From assembly GCF_009834535.1 (NCBI RefSeq), contig NC_045697.1:24058001-24122000 (forward strand): a stretch of 64,000 bases of DNA. The letters run 5' to 3'. The notes under the pieces are model-generated. The model saw nothing but the letters and a program-made list of their open reading frames with translations. It was not told the DNA's origin and searched no databases. Position numbers and translations under genes: made by a program. This DNA is from Camelus ferus (lineage: Eukaryota). Numbering within the stretch: the first letter of the stretch is position 1; each line of letters starts with the position of its first letter. Below are positions 25,311-37,301 of the stretch, piece by piece.

Positions 25311-27280
25311 CTATTGAAGTACAGTCAGTTACAATGTGTCAATTTCTGGTGTACAGCACAATGTCTCAGTCATGCAAAAACATACCTATATTTGTTTTCA
25401 TATTCTTTTCCATTAAAGGTTATTACAAGATATTGAATATAGTTCCTGTGCTACACAGAAGAAATTTGATTGTTTTTATCTATTTATGTATACAGTGGCT
25501 AACATTTATAAATCTCAAACTCTCAAATTTATCCCTTCCTGCCTCTTTTCCCCCAGTAACCAAAAGATTGTTTACTATGTCTGGTAAGTCTGTTTCTGTT
25601 TTGTAGATGAGATTATGAGTAGCCTGTTTTTTTTTTTCTTTTAGATACCACATATGATTGATAGCATATGGTATTTTTCTTTCTCTTTCTGGCTTACTTT
25701 GCTTAGAATGATCTTTAGACCCATCCATGTTGCTGCAAATAGCATAATTTTATTCTTTTTTATGGCTGAGTAGTATTCCATTATATATACATATACCAAA
25801 ACTTCTTTATCCAGTCATCTGTTGATGGACATTTAGGTTGTTTCCATGTCTTGGCTATTGTATATAGTACTGCTATGAATATTAGGGTGCATGTATCTTT
25901 TTGAATTAGAGTTCCCTCTGGATATATGCCCAGGAGTGGTATTGCTGTATCATATGGTAAGTCTATTTTTAATTTTTTGAGGAATCTCCATACTGTTTTC
26001 CATAATGGCTGCACCAAGCGACATTCCCACCAACAGTAGAAGGGGGTTTTCTTTTCTCTACACCCTCTCCAGCATTTATCTTTTGTGGACTTTTTAATGA
26101 TGGCCATTCTGACTAGTATGAGATGGTAGTACTTCATTGTAATTTTGATTTGCATTTCTCTGATAATTAGTGATAGTGAGCATTTCTTCATGTGTCTATT
26201 GTACATTTGTATGTCTTCACTGGAGAATTGCTTCTTTAGGCCTTCTGCCCATTTTTGGATTGGTTGTTTGTTTAGTTGTTATTAAGTCATTTAAGATGTT
26301 TATATATTCTGGAAATTAAACCTTTGTCAGTCACATCATTTGCAAATATTTACTCCCATTCCATAGGTTGTTGTTTTGTTTTCCTTATGGTTTCCTTTGC
26401 TGTGCAAAAGCTTATAAGTTTAATTAGATCCCATTTGTTTATTTTTGCTTTTATTTCTATTGCCTAGGTAGACTGCCCTAAGAGAACACTACTAAGATTT
26501 ATGTCAGAGAATGTTTTGCATATGTTTTCTTCTAGGAATTTTATTGTGTCTTTTCTTGTATTTAAGTCTTTAAGCCATTTTGTTTTATTTTTGTGTATGG
26601 TGTGAAGAGTGTTTTAACTTCATTGATTTTACAGTTTTCCCAACCACTTGCTGAAGAGACTGTCTTTTCTCCACTGCATATTCTTGCCTCCTTTGCCAAA
26701 AATTAATTGTCCATAGGTCTTTGTGTTTATTTCTGGGCTCTCTACTCTGTTGCATTGATCCATATGTCTGTTTTTATGCCAATACGATGCTGTTTTGATT
26801 ACTGTAGCCCTGTAGTGTTGTCTGAAGTCTAGGAGGGTTATTCCTCAAGTTTCGTTTTTTTTATTCAATATTGCTTTGGCTATTCTGGGTCTTTTGTGAT
26901 TCCATACAGATTTTAGGATTATTTGTTCTAGTTCTGTGAAAAATGTTGGGTAACTTGATAGGGATCACATTAAATCTGTAAATTGCCTTGGGAAGTATGA
27001 CCATTTTAGGAATATTGATTACTCAAATCCAGGAGCATGAGCTATCTTTCAATTTCTTTAAGTCATTTTTAATTTCCTTAATCAATGTTTTGTAGTTTCC
27101 ATGTAAAAGTCTTTCATCTATTTATTCCTAAGTATTTTATTGTTTTGGATGTGATTTTAAAAAGGATTTTTTTTTTTTATTTTCTTTCTCTCTTATTTCA
27201 TTGTTAGTATAAAGAAATGCAGCTGATTTCTGTATGTTAACTTTGTATCCTGCTACCTTTCCAAATTCATTTATCAGCTC
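25311..27280 (-). mobile_element. L1 3' segment (ORF2 C-terminus + 3' UTR) of a 5'-inverted insertion
   Basis: ORF 25781-26206(-) [17 protein letters not shown]...CWRGCREK...[21 protein letters not shown]...[12 protein letters not shown]...WKQPKCPS is the ORF2p C-terminus. Confidence 0.95.
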
Positions 27281-28008
27281 ATACCAGTCATTCTCAAACT
27301 CTTCCAAAAGATTGAAAAGGAGGGAGTACTCTCAAACTCATTCTATAAAGCCACCATCATCCTGATACCAAAACCAGACAAAGAAACTACCAAAAAAGAA
27401 ACTTATAGGCCAATATTATTATGAACATAGATGCAAAAATCCTCAACAAAATGTTAGCACACAGAATCTAACAGCACATTAAAAAGATCTTTCACATTGA
27501 TCAAGTTGGATTTATCCCACAAGGATGGTTCAACATATGCAAATCAATCAATGTAATAGACTACATCAACAAAAGAAGGGTCAAAAATCACCTGATCATC
27601 TCAATAGTTGTAGAAAAGCATTTGATAAAATTCAATACCCACTTACGATAAAATCTCTTACCAAAGTGGATATTGAGGAAATATAGCTCAACATAGTAAA
27701 AACTATTTATGACAAACCCACAGCCAACATAATTCTCAATGGTGAAAAGTTGAAAGACTTCCCACTAAAATCTGGGACAAGAAAAAGATGCCCACTCTTA
27801 TCACTTCTATTCAACATAGTCTTAGAAGTCCTAGCCACAACAATCAGCAAGAAAAAGAAATAAAAGGGATCCAAATTGGAGGAGAAGAGGTAAAATTGTT
27901 ACTATATGTGAATGACATGATACTACATATAGAAAACCCTGAAAGTTTCACACAGAATCTACTAGAGCTGGTAAAAGAATTTGGCAAGGTAGCAGGATAC
28001 AAGATTAA
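27281..28008 (+). mobile_element. Inverted 5' segment of the same L1 (RT domain remnant)
   Basis: Encodes [47 protein letters not shown] (decayed Y/FADD), ending KVAGYKI. Confidence 0.93.
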
Positions 28009-28791
28009 GTTTCTAATATGTATATTTAATTTTATCCTTGAGACATCTCTAAGCTCATCACTGAGGCTCAGAAAATGAATAAACTTGTCCAGGCTACCAG
28101 CAAATAGGTAGTATAGCTAGAATATTGGAGTTTCTGTTAAGAGCAAACACTTAGCTACTTTGCAAAAGTGCTTTTTATCAGTAAGTTCAGAAAACAATTT
28201 TCTCATTAGGTTGTAATTTATTATTCCTATCTGTAGGAATATAGATACAAGGAGACTTATTACAAGGAGACTTATTTCAAGGATTGCTAGCTCTTGAATA
28301 ACAGGAATAGTTCTTGCAAAGCAAAAAGTTATTCATTATATATATATTCATTATATAATGACACCAGGAGGCAATACATATTAAATAGTTCTGATGACTA
28401 TAGTAATGGTGAAGTTCCTCTGGCAAAAAGTGATAGAGAATGAATTTCTCTCTTCCCCATTTCATTCTTTCTTTCTTTAATGTGAATTTACAATTTCTCA
28501 TTGCTGAACAACAAGTGGGTCCATCTGCTATGGCTGATTCTTGGCATTATAAAGAAATGATAAATTTTCAACTGTGATGTGTTATCTAGGATTTTTATTT
28601 TTATTCTCTTTATATATGCCTATAATACCTAAAAATTATTTCATAATTGCATACTTTTTAGTATCTTCTCTTTTTCATCCTTTCTATGTGCATAATTTTT
28701 TGATACCATGTTCTAGGACCTGTTAATGGAAAACAGATCTTTCATTGATATTAAGTCTTCAATGTGGGCCAAAGTTTAAACAATGATGGCA

Positions 28792-28962
28792 TTTTTTAAA
28801 AAATTGAAGTATAGTTGATTTACAAATTTGTGTTAGTTGTTGGTGTACAGCAAAGTATTCATTTATACGTGTATATGTATATATATTCAGATTCTTTTCC
28901 ACTATAGGTTATTACAAGATATTGAGTTCCCTGTGCTATAAAGTAGGTTCGTATTGTTTATC
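28792..28962 (-). mobile_element. Very short L1 3'-UTR fragment (second 3'-UTR type)
   Basis: attgaagtatagttgatttacaa...tataggttattacaagatattga...gtagg..ttgtttatct; possible short TSD TGGCA (28787-28791 / 28963-28967). Confidence 0.85.
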
Positions 28963-29054
28963 TGGCAGCTTTTTTTCTTCCAACAGTTATTTGTAAAATC
29001 CTGACTCTAAACCGGGGAGCATTTTGTGATATTACAGGATGATGCACCTAATTA

Positions 29055-29230
29055 GGGGACCCTGGCAGCTTTGGTTTAAATCCCAGGCCTGACTTTGAGC
29101 AAGTCTCTTAAGTTCATTTAATTTCCTTTACTGTAAACCAGCAGTAATATGATTTTCTTTCTGACCTCACACTTCTGCTCCAAAGCAAAAGCTAATACAG
29201 GTGAAAGTGTAAAGAACTATAAATTACTTA
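29055..29230 (+). mobile_element. MIR fragment
   Basis: tggtttaaatcccagg..tgactttgagcaagtctcttaa..tttcctttactgtaaa. Confidence 0.55.
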
Positions 29231-29954
29231 AAGATAATAAAGTAGAATTATTATGATGATTATTAATTTGATCAAAATATTTGCTTGTTTGTTTGTTTAT
29301 TTTACTGCAAGCTGTTTCTAAAGACTGACCAGGTCACATCTGCACAAATTATCTGGGGTCAAGTTGTTGCTACCCTCTTTATATGAACTTGTACTCTCCC
29401 GGTCCCCTCAGTCCCTGCCACTTACTCAGTGCTGGATTCTACACCTAACAATTTCACATTTGTTCCAGTCTCTTCTCCATGGGCATTTGGGTTACAACTT
29501 CTGTTTTATATTTATTAACTCTACCTAGTTGTATCTTATATTATAGAAAACAATATTCTTACTGAACATTATGCATGACCCCTACAAAATTATATTCACA
29601 AAACAGTGATTTAAACTTTTGGTCCTGGTTTTTTGCACTCAATTGATATGCTCACTTAAAAAAAAAGTCTTCAGGGTTAATGAAATTCCAAATGTTGCTA
29701 ATGAATATTTTTCACTGTTTTGTTGTTCTCAAATGATTTAGTTTAGAAAAAAATAATAATTAGCAAAAGATTATTAAAATGCTTTCTTTTAATAATGGGT
29801 GCTGTGTAATTTCTAAAGTTTTATTCATTTTTTTAAACTAATTCCATCTGCAGATTAATTTGGTGCAAGGAATATGGTAGGGATCTAGGGTACATCTAGC
29901 CAGTTATTGCTACACCATTTGTTGAATACAACCATTTTCTCTACTGATTTGATT

Positions 29955-30928
29955 TTAATTTTTTTTTATTGAAGTATAGTTGATTTACAAAGTGTTAGTT
30001 TCTGCTGTACAGCATAGTGATTCAGTTATATATATATTCTTTTTCATATTATTTTCTATTATAGGTGATTACAAGATATTGAATATAGTTCTTTGTGCTA
30101 TACAATAGGACCTTGTTGCTTATCTATTTTATATATAGTAGTTTGTATCTGCTAATCCCAAACTTGTAATTTATCCCTCCCCCTTCTTCCTGTTTGGTAA
30201 CTGCAAGTTTGTTTTCTATGTCTGTGAGTCTGCTTCTGTTTTATAAATAAGTTCACTTGTATTATATTTTAGCTTCCATATATAAGTGATACCATATGAT
30301 ATTTGTATTTATCTGTCTGGCTTAACTTCACTTAGTATGATAATCTCTAGGTCTGTACATATTGCTGCAAATGACATTATTTCATTCTTTTTTTATGGCT
30401 GAGTAGTATTCCATTGTGTATATACCACATCTTCTTTATCCATTCATCTGTAGATGGACATTTAGGTTGCTTCCATGTCTTGGATATTGTAAATAGTGTT
30501 GCTATGAACTTTGGGTGCATGTATCTTCAGACTATAGCTTTCTCTGAATATATGCCCAGTAGTGGGATTGCTAGATCATATGGTAGCTTTATTTTTAGTG
30601 TTTTAAGGAACCTCCATACTATCTTCCATAGTGGCTGCACTAGTTTACATTCCTACCAACAGTGTAGGAAGTTTCCCTTTTTTGCACACCTTCTCCAGCA
30701 TTTATTATTTGTTGACTTTTTAACGATGGTCATTCTGACTGGTGTGAGGTGATACCTCATTTCAGTTTTGAGTTGCATTTCTTTGATGATTAGCAATGTT
30801 GAGCATCTTCTCATGTGCCTGTTAGCCTACTGCATGTCTTCTTTGGAGAAATGTGTGTTTAGGTCTTCTGCCCATTTTTGGATTGGATTTGTGTTGTTGT
30901 TGTTGTTGTTGTTGAGTTGTATGAGCTC
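29955..30928 (-). mobile_element. 5'-truncated L1 (ORF2 end + 3' UTR) adjoining an older L1M fragment at ~29820-29950
   Basis: Poly(T) followed by attgaagtatagttgatttac; antisense ORF2 C-terminus through ttgagttgtatgagctc; internal (TGT)n at ~30890-30914. Confidence 0.92.
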
Positions 30929-31164
30929 AAATTCTTATTTTTGCTTTTGGTACAAAGAAGTTCAACTCTATTGTTAAATATTATTCAATAAAGTGTCTTT
31001 GCTTAGGAGAGATTTTGAGAAAGTTATTCTCATGGTTTTCCCTGTTACATGATTCTTAACATTTAAGAGGGAAAATTAGATGTATTAAATTCATGTATCT
31101 GCATTTAGTCTGTTCTCAAATTTTTAAACTTTTATTATTTTAAATTATCCAATTCAAAGCAGGG

Positions 31165-31263
31165 AAAGAAGGAGAAAGAGAATAAGAGAGAGAAAGAGGG
31201 GATCTGGGAGGAGGGAGGAAAGAATGGGAAGGAGGAAAGAGAAAAGAGCAAAGAAGAAAGAAA
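31165..31263. repeat. GA-rich purine tract
   Basis: Almost pure A/G low-complexity run. Confidence 0.8.
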
Positions 31264-32574
31264 TGCATTATTTATTTTAATCAAAATGTATGTGGTTTGG
31301 GTAATAAAATTAACTATTCTTTGGAGAAAAACATTGACTTCTTCACTGAGGGTGATTAACTCTAAGTGATTTTACAGATTTCAAAAGAATAATATAATTA
31401 ATAATGCTGGAAGGAAATTTGTAGATTATTTGCTCCAACCTCCATATTTCACCCAGAAAGTTTTAATAACTTGTCTGAGACCACTAGCATAGCTGACTAA
31501 TGTCAAAGTGAGAAATAAGCCAATAAATTCGACATCTTTAGACTCCCAGGCTAGATTTCTTTCTGTTATTCAGTCCAATAGTCTTTACATTTACACAGTT
31601 TTTATACAACATTTCAGGTCTCATTTATACCCAGAATGATCACAATATATAGAAGTTTTATGATTAATCTGTTATCATGCTTAACTTCCTCAAGTGAAAG
31701 GCAAATTCCAATCAGTAAATTTTTATTTTACCACTTTCACAGAGAGGTAAAAAAGAACTTAGCTATCATCTTTAAAATCATTTGATTTGCTTGAGAGTCA
31801 TGTTTCTGTGTGTGAGGGTAATAAATTTAATCCTGAAATTAGTTACATCTTTTCTAGTGAGGGAAAGTATGTTAATTATCTGTGACATACAAATTAGTGA
31901 TTAGTGATCATTAGCAATAACTTTAAAATATGTAATACATAATGATGCTGTTGAAGTTATATTGATGGCTATGTTGGTAAAACAGAATTCATCCGTAACA
32001 TTTAACTGACTTTAAAGTGCACACTGTATATAAAGCATCTATTTTTTGCACAGAGCCAAAAGAATATATGATTTTTTGATTTCTATAACTAATTCTTGTG
32101 TAGAAACATATATAAACAACCATTTTCACTTCAAGGCAAAAGCCAAACATGCCAATATAAAAAAAAAAAAAGCAAATAATTTACAGAATTTTTTGACAAT
32201 TTATTTTTCTGTTTTTTATTATTGTTGGTCTATATTTATAGCTGCTCTTCATAGCTTGCTCTTTAGTAAAATACAGTCTTTCTGTATACCATGTATTAAA
32301 TATATTTGGACTTGTAGAGTCCTATGTGAATTCTCATCCTATTCATCTAGCCAGTCACTTAATATTTATTAAACAAGCAAAAAAAATATGATACAGATAA
32401 CTGTAGAAAATGTGCCTCTGTCCTAAAGATATCACACATTCTAGGAGTAAAAACAGACTAGTAAACAGGTAATTGCAATGTGAACAATGTAATGCAACAA
32501 AGCATGAGCAAATTACTGTAGGATACAGAAAAGAGAGGAGTTAATTCTGCTCAAAGTAATGGAGTAAACTTTGC

Positions 32575-33545
32575 CAAAAACCAAACTGGTTCAAATCAGA
32601 GCATAGATCCCATCAGTGACTTAAGAGGGGATGTTTTAATATAAAGAAGTGTTAAGTATTGTTAGTAGAGTGACTTGATGTGAAGATAACTCTAAAGAGG
32701 AGTCCAGGGATGAGGGAGGATACCCAGAAAAGTACAAATTCGAAGGTGGGGGCCCATCCAAAAGATGGGTTCACTCCTTATTTTTTTATTGAAGTATAGT
32801 TGATTTACAATGTTATGTTAGTTTCTGGTGTACAGCATAGTGATTCATAAATATTTTTTTCATATTCTTTTTCATTGTAGGTTATTACAGGTTATTGAAT
32901 ATAGTCTTCAGTGCTATATAGTAGGACCTTGTTGTTTGATTTACTGCTTATTGGTAAGGCTGTTTTTAGAGCCTACCGGCTGGTCATGAAGCTCACTGGG
33001 TTGCCCAAGCTAGAGTTGGTCCACAATCACCAGGCAAACAGGAAGCAATCCTTTGGAGTGTAGATGAGCTGCTATCATTGGGGGGTATGAAGAGGAAGTT
33101 GATGTGTCTCTGCAGTAGATGGCCTGGAGCTTGTTATGTCCACATTGGAAGGGCCTCAGGAGACAGATTTCCAGGGCAGTAGCCATGTAGAGAAAGTCAG
33201 AGGCAACACTGTGGACTGGAGGTCTAGAGTGCCAGCTTCCATGTTGAGAGTATCACAGAAAGGTGAACATCAGTCTGACACAGTTTTTTGAGATTGTAGA
33301 GGGACCATGGGTGGACCAGAGCACCACTGTCTATCTTCACATCCATAATGCTGACCCATTGTGCAGCAGCTGTAACTTGCAAGAGAAGCCTCTTTCTTCC
33401 TGCAATATCCTTCCAGTACTCTCTTCTATGAAGGTAACCTGGGCACACTTTAGAGGAGAAATCCTGAAAGGAATTCCAGCCTTTACTCCAGAGCAGATAT
33501 TAAAGGGTAAAGTTGAAGCTGAGATACAATGAACTGATAAAGGAA
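32575..33545 (-). mobile_element. LTR41-like (ERVL) solo LTR interrupted by an L1 fragment
   Basis: tttaatataaagaagtgttaa, taactctaaagag, cttcctgcaatatccttccagtac, cagagcagatattaaagggtaaagttgaagctgaga recall the LTR41 family. Confidence 0.7.
32783..32939 (-). mobile_element. Very short L1 3'-UTR fragment
   Basis: Same 3'-UTR type as 28792 and 29955; TSD ttcactccttatt (32770-32782) / tttactgcttatt (32940-32952), 11/13 identical. Confidence 0.88.
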
Positions 33546-34054
33546 AAAGAGGAGTGGGAAAAAATTAACCAAAATATGTCTGACACAAAGAAGACCCCTA
33601 TTTAAGTGATACATCTAGACTTTTTTTCTCCAATTCCGAATGAAACCCCCAAATCTCCTTTAATATATACAGCAAACATATGATAAAAATTAATGACCCT
33701 GTTTTATTTCTGATAATAAAGTAATGCCTGGATATAGGAAAGACTTTTTCATGAACCCAAAGATACTAAGATAAGGAAAGAGTTTGTATTCTTGTATCTC
33801 TGGCTTAAAACTATTTGGCCTTAAGAAAAGTGATACCCTACCTTTTTAGGCTTATATAGTCAGGATTTATTATGGTGTCTTCAGATTAATGAATCATCTA
33901 CTTTGATTATTGAGAAGTTAAGAGTCTTTCACTTTAAAATTTCAAATTCACTTTCTTAAAAATAAGGGAAAAATACCATAACCAACCCTACTGACTCAAT
34001 TATTACTCTAAGTTTGAATATTTAACTTCAGCAAAGTTACTATTGGGCATTAAA

Positions 34055-34375
34055 TTTTTATATATTTATATATATATATATATGTTTTATATATTTGTAA
34101 GTTATATTTATATATGTTTTATGTATATATCTCTTCACATGTATGTATATGTATATACATATGCATAGTCATAGAAATATGTCATATATAATTTGTATTT
34201 AAATATATTCATATTATATAATATAATTATATAAAGTTTTATATACTTAAATGTACATAGATTTATATATAAATATATGTTATATATTATATATTTATAT
34301 ATTTATGTACTATATAAGTATAAAATTCATATATATGAAACTTTATTGTATATATGTGACTATATGCATATATAA
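34055..34375. repeat. Degenerate (TA)n-rich low-complexity region
   Basis: Directly visible. Confidence 0.85.
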
Positions 34376-34734
34376 CTTTAATGCCTCTTATGTGGTTGGA
34401 ATATGTTACTTCTGTGATTGGAAATGCAGAAATAAATTGTATTTTGAGATTGCCTAGGGAATAAAAAGTTGTACAATTAAAACAGCCTTCTTGACAACGA
34501 CATGCACACTAATCAGTGTTCAAAAACTTCTTATGTATGATTAACATGATCTATTTTGAAGATTCAAAGTGTAGTAAAGGTATTCAAATTGCAAAAAAAG
34601 AAATTAGCAGTATAGTCTGGTATATTTTAGGCAGATATGAGGATAGCAAGTGTATATTTGAAATAATACAGTATTCAAACTTTTGACTTCAAGAAGGTTG
34701 ACAGCAGTGATGTTTTGACAAATAAGACTATAAT

Positions 34735-35500
34735 GTGTGCAGCTGTGTTATGTGTAAGAGATCTAGGAAATTCACTACTCTGATACTGAGTTTTCTCACC
34801 TATAAAATGTTGAATCTTATATTGAATCTTATATTTGCTCTCACATAGTTTGTGATGATTAAATGAAATTACATATTTGAATATATCTAGAACTGTGGAT
34901 ATATGTAATATTTGCCATTTTAAATCCTAATCTTTGAGAAGCTAATGACTAAAAGCCTAAAAAGACCTCTCCAACTTTGATTCCTTAGAAATTATGCCTT
35001 ACTCATTCTTGAAATAAATATTTATCAAGTGCCTAATAAGTACTAGGCCATGTTTTATGCATATGAAGTAAAACAGAAACAAAACAAATCCTTGACTTTA
35101 TGGAGCTTGTATTCTGGAAATCTTCAGTAAAAAAACTATTTTTAATTCCTTATTTGAGGCACCACTTATTTGCATAACACTTTGCTCATTCCTGATATCA
35201 TGCAGATGGGAAATTACAGAAGATCACATTCTAAAAATACTAGATTATAATCTATTTGAGAGATAAAATGTATATCTTACTTAATTATAAATTATTTGAT
35301 CTTGAAACTTGAATAAAAATTCTATCTTCACTTGTTTCTGTGTGACATTGAAAACTATATTAGCATCTCAGAGACTCAGTTTTTAAAGTGTAAGTTGTCA
35401 CTAAAATACTTGACTTAACAGAATTTTAGTGAAGATAATAAGTGTGATATTACCTAGAATACTGTCTAAAAAATATTATATGTTAAATATAGATGGCTGT
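34735..35500. mobile_element. MIR fragments (~34735-34900, ~35320-35500) and an antisense L2 3' end (~35010-35120)
   Basis: ctgagttttctcacctataaaatg; tgtgtgacattgaaaac..gactcagttttt; aaatatttatcaagtgcctaataagtactaggcc. Confidence 0.5.
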
Positions 35501-36977
35501 TTTTATATAAACTTAATATCCCCATACTTACGAGATGGAGAGTTTTATCTCCACAGTGTAAGATGACTTAAATATTCAATCTAAGAGCTGAGATATTATG
35601 GGATATTTTTAAATATTTGTCAAATGTTAAGATTACTATAGGATCAAAAGAAAGATGGCTGCAAAGATAATCATCCCATCCAGAATTTATACATTTCAAT
35701 CCTGAAAAATCCATAAATTTTCAAATGCCAGGAAGAATAAATTATGTAGCTTTTCATTATCTACTTGATTACACTTAGTCAGCCTACAAAAATTCTGAAA
35801 ATATGTGTGTGTGTGCTTATTACTATGTATATATCTGAAAAATGCAAGATAGGAATATGGTTCATATTATTAAAATTTAGAAAATGAACTATAATAATAA
35901 AGATTAAATTGAAAATACATAGCTTTTTGATGTTGTCCCTGGGTTTATAGTCTAGTCTGCCATGTTAGAAGTCCTTTAGTATTCCCAAAATAATACCATT
36001 AAGACTGAGCCTTCAATATAATAAAAGAAAAGGGAATCAAGACAGATGCATCCTTAGCATGGCTAATATAGGAAAATGTATAACAAAATATATGGCAAAA
36101 AGATAGTAGGTAAACCAAATCTCAATTAAAATAATATTCCTTGATAAATTATGTTGATTGAAGGAAATGGTATAAAAGCAACATTAGATCCAACCATCTG
36201 CAGTCAGGGAATTTGAAAATTAATCGGGAAAAGGAAATGTAGGTAGTTTCCTCTTTCCAGACATAATGTGCTTAGGTTAAGTATGTAAAAATCAAGTAAC
36301 AGGCTTACAGATTATTAAGGGGAACTACTGAAAAAGAATATTTTAAACTCTAATTACCCTTCACTTGTAGAGCATGAGAGTAGACGATTTTTAGCTCTAG
36401 TTCCAGTTCTGTTAACAGCACCTCTTCAATTCCAACTCAGAAGGGCTGCCTACAGCATGGGGAGGGCATTTTTCAATACCAATATATTGGGTTTTTTAAT
36501 TTGCATATTCATAACACAGCAAGATAGATGTGGGTGGAAGAGTCAGCATCAGCACTCATCATATCAATGATTAACATCCTAAGGTTTTCTAATTTGCATA
36601 TAGCCAATCACCAACAACCCTAGGGAAATCAACCACAGAAGAGGAGTTCTCCATTATAGCAAATAGGAATCCTGAGCTATCATGCTTCATGGCACTTGCT
36701 TCCACAACAGAATGAATACTCTTTCCTTTCCTAAGGCTTCATGGTATAAGAAAACATCTGTTCCAATCAAGTGACCAGAACAAGTGATTAAGATATGGTG
36801 GTCTTGAAACCCAAGCACAAAGAAGTTTTGTATGTGAGTGCTATACATATTAAGAAGGGTTAATCTAGATTATAACATGGTTTACTACATGCCTTAAACC
36901 TACTAAGAATGAAAAGGACTTTAAAATATAATATTTAATGTTATATATCTGATACGTTATATATGTTCTTTAAAATG

Positions 36978-37301
36978 TGTTGACCTGAAATAATAATCTG
37001 GCAGATATTTGCCCAGCAAAGATGGGTTTATTTGGGATCAGCAGAGATCTGCAATTCTGGGTCTGCATCCTTGGTGAGTCACATGCAAGTTCCCACGTAG
37101 CAAGAGAAGGAGAACACTTTTATAGGGAGGAAAAGGGGATTTGGTGATCTATAGTAAACAGAAAGCCCATAGCTTTTCATTGGCTGAGTCCTTGCCAGGA
37201 AAGAAAATGACTCTTCTTCCTGTTGGGCTTTGTTAGCATTACAGGGCATGAAAGTCTCCCAACTCTATTTAATTGAGGTTTCTCTTTATGAATTTTTTAC
37301 A
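36978..37301 (-). mobile_element. Compact ERV solo LTR (324 bp), family not assigned
   Basis: TG...CA termini; on the minus strand CCAAT (37179-37183), TATAAAA (37118-37124) and AATAAA (37027-37032) in correct order; flanks aatg/tatg (3/4). Confidence 0.85.

Noticed and set aside
28246..28275. Perfect 15-bp tandem duplication tacaaggagacttat x2; similar pairs near 10080, 34810, 47881 and 59869
   Set aside because: Two-copy local duplications are ordinary slippage products; no repeat-spacer array, so not CRISPR-like
36479..36490. CArG box
   Set aside because: ccaatatattgg has eight A/T bases between CC and GG, not six
36978..37301. 3' LTR partner of the MER31-like provirus
   Set aside because: No visible similarity to 43349-44021, different length, and it has its own near-TSD
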